The notes beneath the pieces were generated by a model. That model saw only the letters and a program-made list of their open reading frames with translations, was not told where the DNA came from and made no database searches. A stretch of 64,000 nucleotides of DNA from Caecitellus pseudoparvulus (taxonomy: Eukaryota; Protista; Bigyra: Bicosoecida), in NCBI GenBank assembly GCA_965644315.1, contig CBFFRQ010000046.1:4950-68949 (forward strand). The letters are read 5' to 3'. The translations under genes and the position numbers were made by a program. Below, piece by piece: positions 1 to 9,780 of the stretch (the first letter of the stretch is position 1; every line of letters begins with the position of its first letter).

Positions 1-519
1 ATCCAAGGTGGCACTGCCATTATTGGCCGGTATCCAGTCTTTACATCCCAGCCAAACAACTGCACCTACCAGACTCCTGGTGTCCCGACAAACTTTTGGG
101 GCTACGCAAGTATGCTCACTACCATTGACGATTTGCTCTCGGGCATGTCCCTGGGGCAGCTCTCAAAAGACGGATTTGACTACGCCATCACAGCTCCTGG
201 GTGGGGACCACTCGTCGGCACCCCCCACCCTTCTGCAGAAACGATTCCCATTGACTTTGCGGACGGGACAGACTTTGTCTTTGCATCATGGAGCCTCCAC
301 ATCATGCCGAGAGCTGGCTGGCCACCAACCAGCCCAACTCTTCCTTGGAAACTTATCAGCCTCGTCCTTGCATGTCTCAGCGGCATCTTCACATCATATG
401 CGCTGCTCTACCGTAGTATTGTACTGGGCCGAGCATTAGCGTTCATCGATGCTCTGATGGAAGCCGCTGCTCAAGGAGCAACCAACCGCTCATCCTCCAA
501 GAGAGCATCAAGTACCTGA
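1..519 (+). CDS. CHASE-domain membrane protein, 3' part (5'-truncated by window edge); no cytoplasmic kinase/cyclase domain
   Basis: Frame 1 is open from base 1: IQGGTAIIGRYPVF...NFWGYASMLTTIDDLL...WSLHIMPRAGW, matching the CHASE pattern (LxQGG...RxPVF...FWG...IDxLL). A hydrophobic helix follows (LISLVLACLSGIFTSYALLY), then a short tail and TGA at 517-519. Confidence 0.7.
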   Translation: MQGGTAIIGRYPVFTSQPNNCTYQTPGVPTNFWGYASMLTTIDDLLSGMSLGQLSKDGFDYAITAPGWGPLVGTPHPSAETIPIDFADGTDFVFASWSLHIMPRAGWPPTSPTLPWKLISLVLACLSGIFTSYALLYRSIVLGRALAFIDALMEAAAQGATNRSSSKRASST

Positions 520-3183
520 AGTGGACATACCAACAATGCAAGCACCTACTCCAACTAAGCTAACAATACTTACCCAGTGAATACTTGAGCGAATCTTTGC
601 CGGCAAGTGCCTATGAATAGGTCGTCATACATGCAACGGCATTCTCATTCAAACTCAAAACAAGCCTCTTTCCATACCAGGAAAGAACAACGATACTGGA
701 ACAATCCTGGGTTCAGCAAGACCCGTGCAGGAAACATGATGGTAGGAAACACTTAAAATTCTCGTTTCTGGCGCTTGTCACACCTGTCTGGACTGCGTTC
801 CTCGACGCATATTGTGGTAGTCTACCGAAGAGCAATGTCGACTTTCCTGCTTCATTCTGCAGGGCATTTGACTGAAGAGGGCTTGCTTTACCCTTCGGGA
901 TTTCCGCCTGGCATAAAGAGGAATAAAAATATGCTGGGACAAAGCACTCTATCAAGAATGGAAAGCAAGATAACACGCCTCGCTTTCGTTGCGGCTCCAG
1001 TACACGTGTGCTATAGTCAAACGTGATGGCTGACTCACTACGTCAGAAAGCAAGCATTGTTTAATGAGCAAACACTTCGGCAATGAGCCTTTCTGGTTTG
1101 GTTGACGATACCATGGAACACTCTTTGTTGCCCTCTTACACATGTACATACATGAACACAACAATGTACCTTTCAGACTTAAACTATCTACAAGTCGATT
1201 GCAGCCTATCTGAAAGAATACAGAAGAATGAATAACTCTTGCTTCCTTTTTCATTTGGCATCCTCGCAAACAAAAAGCACATTGCCATACTGTGAGAGGA
1301 AAGTGGACTGAACTTGAAGTGCACAATTTGAAGAACCGATCCTTAAATCTGCAAGCATTTCGTCCCCCAATCTCCTTTTCAACTCATCAGTACTAGCTTT
1401 CAAACGTTCGCAGCTACATGTCTCACAATCCTCCGTACCGTGCACGGCAGTTCACATTACTCAAGTCCTGCAGCCTTCATCAACGTGTCAGAAAATGAAG
1501 ACACCCCTGTTCATAAATTGGCTGACACATACGGTATCAATGTTCGTTTAGTATTCCCTTCGGCGATATGCAGAAGTTTCACCTCACTCTATGCTTTTTT
1601 AGAAGAAATGCGGGATTTAACGTGCTTTGAGGCATAATGAACCAGGAATGTCAAACTTCAAAGAAACCTCAACATTGTTATCCCTACGAAAATGCAAGGT
1701 TTTTTCTGTATGGTCGACTTGAACCGAGTGTTTTGTATGGGATACAAGTGTAAAAGCACGGAAGCGGTTGTCTGTATCCAAGACTATGAGCTGGAAACGT
1801 TATCAACGCTAGACTGAAACAGCTCCCACGAGAGCTCAATTGTTTTAAGAGGTTCGAGACTAGCAATGGCCAAGATCGTTAACGTATCAAGAAGCTTTGC
1901 AAACAATGCACCTCTTGAAGAACCTCTGGCGAGTTCAAAACTTTGGATTTGCAGCCTGAAAAATAACAAACAAAAGAACCTGCCAGTATACAAAGCACAG
2001 AATTTGAATGTATAAAGCAACGGTTCTTATTGCCCCACTTCCGATGCCAACATACTCATCCACGCTGAACAATGTGAGACTCTTTTGGTGACGATAAACT
2101 TCTACGGCTACCTTCCTTGCAGAATCTGCCCAAGTGGAGTGTCCCAATTCGGTAAGAACGCCATATCTCTGACTGATGTGATACAATCTCAGCAAGGGAT
2201 ACAATACTACATCTGTACAATGAGCTTGTCCCCATATCGAGGGAGCGTTGCGGGGTTTCTCTTAAATGTGTGATCATAGGTAGGAATTTTGACTTGAGAT
2301 GGACAAGCATGTACTTTTAATGGCGTGAAGGTTGTCCTTTCCCGTAGCAATGTGTTCCTCTTTAGGGATGTAGAACATTCTGTACATTTCCTTGGCGTTT
2401 ATCTGGGAGAACGATGCGATCCTAGAAACGGGTAATTCTCGTTTTGTGTACAACACCATTTCCTTGCATCAAATCTCTCGTTCTTTCATGGAATCAGTGT
2501 CGCAGGGTTGCAATGATAAGAGTATTTCTGAAGAATGCCCTTGACAATCCTCTACTCATTGCAGTACCACGTACACCGACAGTTCTCCCTAGATAATCTG
2601 ACTTGGTCTCCCATTTTCTGAATGGTTGTCAGTATTCGCTGCAAGATCAAGGGGCCAGTTTTGCAGTTCACACTGCGTGTGTCCTGAATTCATGACGGTT
2701 GTACGAAGCGCTCAGGATGTGCATGAAATTCATGTCCAATCCCAGCCCTACGGTAATGCAGAATGCTCCGGAAAGACGTCATTTGTTGTCAGATCATAGT
2801 TTCTTAGGATCGGTGGCAGCGTGCAGTGTTTAGGTGCCTTGAAGTTTATCGGGCATGTGATAGTGTAAGGCTCTCGGTTAAGATTCTGAACCAATTGTGC
2901 GATGGTCATCTGCAGAGTACACACAGGCTTTCATTGGCACACTTGTGAAGCACAAGAGCGTGGGTGACCTCCCAAGAAACGTAGGGGATGTGTGTGGACA
3001 GGGGATCTCTGCCAATTGAGACGCAAGTGTTCTGCGAGAGATCCGTGCTAGCCTTGGCGAAGGGTGGAGAGGGTGCATGTGCCAAATTTGCTGCATTGAC
3101 AATGACTGGCTGCCGAGGGCAGTTGTTGAGTGGCGCCATGAGAAGCCATCCTACGTGGTATGCAGGCTGTGGTGCCGTGTTTC

Positions 3184-4789
3184 TTAGGCAGTCATGCCGG
3201 AAGGCCCACCTCGGCCACGTCCACGTCCACGTCCACGGCCACGGCCACGGCCTCGCCCGCGGCCGCGAGGGGTCGTGCCTTGAACGGCCATTTCCACTCC
3301 ATCGGCCAGCATCTTTGTGCGCATGGTGAGGTCCTTCGTGCGCTGCATGATTTGGTGGTGCACGGAGGGGTGCTGGCCGCCCATGATGACTTGCGCAGCT
3401 GCTGTGTCGATGCGCGCAGCGAACTTGGCCTCGCGGATGAGGTTGACGACCCACGTCTCCGCCTCGTCCGTGTTCATGGACAGCTTCTCGGCAAGCATGG
3501 TGATGTCCAGTTTCTGGTGGATGAGGCAGAAGGTCTCGAAGACGAAGCGGCGAGCTCGCTCCAGGAAGCTGGAGATGAACAAGTCCTCGTCCTTGAACCC
3601 GGAGAGGAAGTAGTCCGAGCGAATGACAGATTCACACGCGGGCAGAAGTGCACGCGCGGCGTCGAAGTCGTACTTGACCAAGAGCTCCTCCAGGAACTGC
3701 AGGATAGGGTCTGTGTAGTTGTACTTCTCCTGCCGGATGACTCGCAAGAGGGTGCGCGTCTCGGTGTGGTGCGAGGGAGACGCGATGACCACGGTCGCCA
3801 AGTACCGCAGCAGCCACGGGCAGTTTGTCTGGATGGCGTTCAGGTTGTCTTGCTGCAGGAAGAACTCGATGAGGTTCTCGCGGCCCTTTTCGTGGTTGAA
3901 GAACACGAAGAGAGACCAGTGCAGCAACCACGACCTGTGCTGCAGCAGCATCTTCGGGTCCTCTACACGCCCCCTCGTCAGGGCTTTGCGCAGCTCAGTG
4001 CGGTCCAGGTTGGCCTCATCCCAGTGCTGCATCAGGATCTCAGACGCCAACTTGCCCCACAGGGCCGTCAGGCTCTCCTTGCTGTCCTCCGGCACCAGTT
4101 TGCGGTAGAAGAAGAGGTAGCTGGCAGCGGTGTCGTAGCTGCCCATCTCAAAGTGTGCCTTGGCAAGGCGGTACAGCGCCTGCACGCATTCCTGTGTGAT
4201 GCCGTGGTGCTCCTCCAGGTACTCGAAGGTGAAGTTGCCTTCGTCCATGAGGATGGCACATGTAGCCACGCCGTCTTCCTTTCCCTCGATGATGTCCACG
4301 AGGTCTTCTGCAGCCGCCTCCACGTCGTCAAACTCGTCCCCAACAGCAGCGTGCCACTCCAGAAGTTCCGCAGGCGGCTCCTCGCCGTGCACCTTCCTGT
4401 ACTGCTCCATGGCGAAGTCAGACATCTTGGTCTTCTTCGCCAGCTCAAGGGTCGCAGCTTGCACGGCCTCTGCAGAGTACATCTGAGGGGCGCGTGGGGG
4501 TAAGGCAGCGTGCGGAACGAGTGTGTGCGCTGTGCGGCCCCTGCCAGTACGGCTTGCGCTCGCTGCCACACACCTCGCGCTTCTCCGCAAAGCTCAGCAT
4601 AGGGAACATGAAGTGCAGGTCCAGAAAAGGGGCCAGCTTGGTCGTCAAATCGTGCTCTGCGGTGCGACAGGCGCAGGGGGTCATGGGGAGACCAGATAGC
4701 GTGACGCTATGAAACGCTGGCTCACCTGCTGAGGGGCCTGTCGTCGTTGCTGCGGCGCTTGCCGCAGATGCATCGGTGGAAGCCGCCAT
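3184..4789 (-). CDS. EIF3E: Eukaryotic translation initiation factor 3 subunit E; exons 4789-4726, 4656-4574, 4482-3184
   Basis: Spliced N-terminus EHDLTTKLAPFLDLHFMFPML; LWGKLASEILMQHWD, RSWLLHWSLFVFFNH, NAIQTNCPWLLRY; PCI domain (FETFCLIHQ...AETWVVNLIR). Both GT-AG introns restore frame. Confidence 0.97.
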
Positions 4790-5005
4790 GCCAAAGTACA
4801 GACAATTCGCCTGGGAGTGTGGTTGCTCACGATAGGGCGTAGACGAGCTGCCGAGGTAGGCAGCGGTGTTCCGTTGCAGCTGTGCTTGGCACTGGCGCTG
4901 CACGGGGGCGATGGTGGAGCCGCGCAGGTGCACAAAGCATGGGAGAGTGACAGAAGCCCGTGTGGAGTGGGGGTGAAAAGTGTCTCGAAACTTGGCATTG
5001 CTGGG

Positions 5006-6378
5006 CTACCTTGCCCTTTCCCGCTGCGGGTGCTCCCCTTGCTGCACCGCAACTCCCTCCCTCAGGAGTTCGCGCGTCTCATTCGCAGAACATCCTGCTA
5101 GCTCTCGCAACACTGACACTGTATGCTGGCCAGGCTCAGGGAGATCATGTAGGGTGCTGGGGGGGGCTTCGCCACCTTCCTCGTCGCGGCCTGGCCTGTA
5201 CACAGCAGGCACTGACTGCGGCAGCCAGAGCGGTCCAAGGCTTGCTGGCACGGCAGCGGGCACATGGTGCGCTGTGTCACCACTGGATGCATGCCCCATA
5301 CCACTGTGCTGCACCTTGCGTAGGCGCCTGCCCACCGCGCTCCTGCTTTCCCAATGGGGCGACGTTGGCATCTCAGACAGGGTGACAACGGGGGTAACGC
5401 ACGCCTGCTGAGCATCACCTGTGCTGAAGTGCGAAGTCCAGTGCGCTTTGCTTTCGCTTGCAAAGGCTGTCTGCAGGTGTTTGCGGATGGTCGGCCAAGC
5501 TGAAGGGTCCATCTGCGACTCGCACATGAACTCCATGTCAGCTGGGGCTGTGCCAAGTGCTGAGAGGAGGCTTCGAAAGAAATGCGGTTCCAGCGCGCCA
5601 ACAGCCATGTATCCGCCGTCACAAGTGGCGTACGTCTCGTAGAAGGGCGCGCCCGTGTCCAGTAGGTTGCAGCCTGGCGGCGCAGAGTGCAGCCCCGCTG
5701 CCCGGAATTCCAGTAACAGCTGCGCCAGTAGCAGGCAACTGTCTGTCATGCTGACATCCACGACACTCCCACGACCAGTGCGCTGTGCACTCCACGCAGC
5801 CATGAGGATGCCTGCCACTGCCATGAGCCCGCCCCCTGCGAAGTCTGCCAGCAAGTTCGCCGGTGGGGTGGGCGCTGCGCCGCGCCGGGCCAGCAGGCTG
5901 AGGACGCCTGACGTGGCCAAGTAGTTGATGTCGTGGCCAGGACGGTGTGCAAAGGCACTGCTCTGGCCATACCCTGTGATGCGGGCCAGCACCATGTCTG
6001 GGCGCGCAGTGAGCAGCTCATGTGGCCCGGCTCCCGCCCGCTCCAGGACGCCAGGGCGGAAGGGATCCAGCACCACGTCGCAGCGAGAAGCCAGTCGCTT
6101 GAAGATGTCCACTCCTTTCTTCTGCTTCAAATCAAGCGCAATACTCTCCTTGCCCCGCCCAAGGAAGTCAGGGTAGAGTGCTGGTGTTGTGCGGTCCACA
6201 CGCACTACTCGGGCTCCGTGTGCTTGCAGCAGCATCCCGGCGAAGGGAGCCGGTGCGAGCCCTGGGACCAAGAGCATGAAGAGGGCGCACGAAAACTCAA
6301 TATTACACACAACTAGCTCTCACCTGCAAGCTCAAGCACTGTCATTCCCTTCAGGGGCTGCAATTGTCGAAACGCCAT
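5006..6378 (-). CDS. AMACR: Alpha-methylacyl-CoA racemase / CaiB-BaiF CoA-transferase III; exons 6378-6324, 6261-5006
   Basis: PLKGMTVLELA-GLAPAPF after splicing; RGKESIALDLK, DPFRPGVLER, GHDINY, PPANLLADFAGGG, NLLDTGAPFYETY, VGALEPHF, PEPGQHT. Confidence 0.93.
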
Positions 6379-6626
6379 GCCAACGCGGAAATTGCTTGCA
6401 CCAAGCTGGCAATGCACAGGCCCCACACACAATACAACAACAAACACGCGTGGTGGTGGATCTGTGACGGCTTCTTGCAGCAAAGCCCCTTGTTGTCGGT
6501 GCAGTTTTCTACTGTGGCGCGGTTTGTGCTGGGCTGCTGTTTGGCCCCGGGCAAGCACGTGGGGCTTGAGGGACAAACAGCAACGAGGTTGTCGGGGTGG
6601 CCTAGATTCTGCTTGTCTTCGCCGTC

Positions 6627-8226
6627 ATGTACAATGGCATTGGTCTGCGAACTGCGCGAGGCAGTGGCACAAATGGCTATGTGACCAAGAACTTTGGCTA
6701 TGTGCGCCCTGACATTGTTCGCGCAAAGACCACCCAGGCAGACCGGGACCACGAGAGGCTTCGCACTCGTGCACACGATCCAAAGATTTTAGAGCATGAG
6801 CTGCGGCGGCAAGTCAAGGTGAAGGTCATGGAGCTACGAGAGGCCATGGAGCGCAAAGGGTAAGGATGAAATGTGAAACGCTCATGCTGCAGCAAATGCC
6901 TTGCGCTGTGACGCCAACCATGCGCGGTGACTACCCACGGTATTTCCTGTATTATGTTGCAGAGTAGCGGAAGAATCTATCCTTTCCAAGTGTGAGGAGT
7001 TGCGCCGTCGCCTACTGCAAGAGTTGCAAGAGAACCGACAGCGTTTCACCCATGCCACTGGCGTGGGTGCTGACAGCCGAACGGCTGCAGCAGCTTCGAA
7101 GGCGGAAGCCAACGAGAAGATGCGCAGAGCTCTCGCTGTCCCGGATGACTACACTGCTGGCGAGGCGTTTGATGCTGATGCCGTTGCCCGGCGCAAGGAG
7201 CACAGGCGCATGCGACGTGAGCACATGCGCCGCGAAAGGGAGGGTGCCCGAAGGTGGGGCGGCCGAGACGGGCGTGGACGAGGCACAAGTCCCCCTCGCC
7301 GCCGGTGGGGCTATGATCGAGAGGACTCAAGGCGAGGGCGGCACCGATCTCGCTCGCCTTCACCTGACGGCACGTGGGGCGGTGAACGTGCACGGGGTCG
7401 GCGTGGGGCGTCCGTGTCCCGGAGTCCGCCTCGGGGTCGGCGTGGGGCGTCCGTGTCCCGGAGTCCGCCTCGGGGTCGGCGTGGGGCGTCCGTGTCCCGG
7501 AGTCCGCCTCGGGGTCGGCGTGGGGCGTCCGTGTCCCGGAGTCCACCTCGGGGTCGGCGTGGGGCGTCCGTGTCCCGGAGTCCGCCTCGGGGTCGGCGTG
7601 GGGCGTCCGTGTCCCGGAGTCCGCCTCGGGGTCGGCGTGGGGCGTCTGTGTCCCGGAGTCCGCCTCGGGGTCGGCGTGGGGCGTCTGTGTCCCGGAGTCC
7701 GCCTCGGGGTCGGCGTGGGGCGTCCGTGTCCCGGAGTCCGCCTCGGGGTCGGCGTGGGGCGTCCGTGTCCCGGAGTCCCCCTCGGGGTCGGCGTGGGGCG
7801 TCCGTGTCCCGGAGTCCGCCTCGGGGTCGGCGTGGGGCGTCTGTGTCCCGGAGTCCGCCTCGGGGTCGGCATGGGGCGTCCGTGTCCCGGAGTCCACCTC
7901 GGGGTCGGCGTGGGGCGTCCGTGTCCCGGAGTCCGCCTCGGGGTCGGCGTGGGGCGTCCGTGTCCCGGAGTCCACCTCGGGGTCGGCGTGGGGCGTCCGT
8001 GTCCCGGAGTCCGCCTCGGGGTCGGCGTGGGGCGTCCGTGTCCCGGAGTCCACCTCGGGGTCGGCGTAGTCGCTGGGGGGGTGAGCAGGCTGTCGCGCCT
8101 GCAGCGTCTTCACGCCCCGCGCCTGCGCTTCGAGGCGTTAGTTCGGCGCAGGCTGCAGCTGCTCAGCGTGGGGCAGGGCGTGGCAGGGCTGCGACAGTGC
8201 CTGCCTGGGCGGTCAAGGGCAGGTAG
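6627..8226 (+). CDS. CWC21: Pre-mRNA splicing factor CWC21/SRRM2-like with RS-rich repeat tail; exons 6627-6859, 6963-8226
   Basis: Diagnostic N-terminus MYNGIGLRTARGSGTNGYV; cwf21 domain ILEHELRRQVKVKVMELRE. Intron 6860-6962 (GTAAG...GCAG) joins it in frame to ORF 7000..8226. Confidence 0.93.
7393..8067 (+). repeat. Coding minisatellite: 17 full + 1 partial copies of a 39-bp unit (RGRRGASVSRSPP)
   Basis: Unit cggggtcggcgtggggcgtccgtgtcccggagtccgcct; (8056-7393)/39=17; only scattered single-base variants. Confidence 0.97.
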
Positions 8227-8242
8227 CGACAGGCGGGTGAAT

Positions 8243-9559
8243 TCAACACTTCAAGGAAGTGGCACTGTAGAATGACACGCAGTTCAGCACAGCCGTCGTG
8301 GTCAGGGCCGGCTGCGTGGGGCGAGGCAGCCCTCTGGGCAGCAGGCTGAGCACTGCCGGGCGCCTGATGTCCGCAACGCGCACAGTCCACTGCACCTCAG
8401 CAGGACGCAGGGCCGGCAAGCTCTTGTTCTGTTGGCGCTTGCGACAAGGGCGCCCCGCAGTCAGCTGCAACACTTGCCCGCCCCCCGTCTGCAGCATGTG
8501 CATGAGGGCTTGTGCGCTGCCCTTGGGCCGCAGCTCCAACGGGTCCACCAAGAAACACACGCCGTGGAACAGCCGCGGCGCGGGGCTTCCCCCTGCCAAT
8601 GCCAAGCGGGACGTGCGGGCCGCGCCACGAGCGACATGGTCCCCCCGCACTTCGTACGCAGCTTCGGGCAGCAGCTTGCCTGCAGCCAGACTGTCGTGGA
8701 TCCAGGCAGCTGTCAACACCCAGGCTCCTGACAGCACGCCGCAGCAGTACTTGATCGTGCGGCGAGCCGTGAAGGGGTCCCCAGCGGAGGCTGAGCTGGA
8801 GGCAGAGGCGCTGGCAGATGTCACTGTGTGTGCATGAGACCCCACCACGACATGGGTAGCGGCAGGGGGGCGAGAACCCGCACACTGTATGAGGCGGGGT
8901 GCGACGAGCTGTTGCAGCTGAGACAGCGCTGCAACGTCGGTTTTGTTCAGAGCGGAGGCAAGGAGGAACACCTTGGGCTCAGGCACTGGGGACACCAAGG
9001 GTGATGCAGGCGGTAGACTGGAGCTGTCCGGGCTCCCCGTGCAGCTGGCAGCAGCAGCCTCAGGAGGTGTGCAGGCGTGAGCTGCAGGCGGGCCAGGGTG
9101 GCAGGTGTGTTGCGGGGAGTCAGTCCCCGCAGCTACATGCACCTTCCGCAGCAGTGAGAGAACATGGCGAACTCCAGCGACGGCGTTCACCATGGAGGGC
9201 TGCGGTGCAGCGTCCTGGCGCCACGCTAGAGCCTTGCAGGTGGGGCACCCGCCGTGCTTGGCCAGGCCAGCCTCGACACACGGCCTGCACAGCGCACCTC
9301 GCTGCAGTGAGAAGAGTGTCGGCAGGCAGAGAGCGAAATCACTCACTTGCAAAAGGTGTGCCCGCAGGGCAGGGAGTGAGGGCTGTCATCCAGCCAAGAC
9401 CGGCTGTGGCGAGTGGGCACATGGAGCGTGGAAGCACTTCGCCAGCAACTGCGTGGCGGGGCCTACACACCACATGGGGCACTTGCACACATCGTACAGC
9501 TGTGCCAGGCGTTTCCCTCCAGTATCTTGCTGTGACAGGGCGGCCAGCGTTCCCTCCAT
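8243..9559 (-). CDS. RING + tandem BRCT protein, BARD1/BRCA1-like; two introns within the RING
   Basis: Spliced RING CPMCRSWLDDSPHSLPCGHTFCKPCV...CPTCK (C3HC4). BRCT motifs THVVV, RTIKYCCGVLSGAWVL..AWIHDS, PEAAYEV.GD, PRLFHGVCF. Confidence 0.8.
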
Positions 9560-9780
9560 GGTCTTGTGGGGCACGCAGGAGGGGAGGGCAAGCAATATGC
9601 TGGCGTTTGCTGCGAAACGCCAGGCAGACCAAGCTGCGCTGCGCTCAGGGCTGGTGGAGCTGGCTTGCCAGGGCAAGAGCCGGTATGCAAACGTTATCTT
9701 GTTTGAGAGACGTGGGGATTTTTATTAACGGTGAGGAGGCGCGTTGTCTGCATTGTGCACGCCACGACAGGGGCAGGTCA

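Noticed and set aside
640-700. FKLKTSLFPYQER as a SNF2 helicase relic
   Set aside because: No downstream helicase motifs in the frames examined; likely chance.
4940-5020. Cryptic peroxisomal PTS1 on AMACR via readthrough or splicing (ends ERAR*)
   Set aside because: I found no readthrough or splice product ending in an SKL-like tripeptide.
7393-8067. Repeat array as CRISPR, or as coding in the alternative frames (ORFs 6992..8275, 7046..8113)
   Set aside because: There are no unique spacers. The 39-bp unit is a multiple of 3 and stop-free, so several frames stay open; only the RS frame splices to the CWC21 exon.
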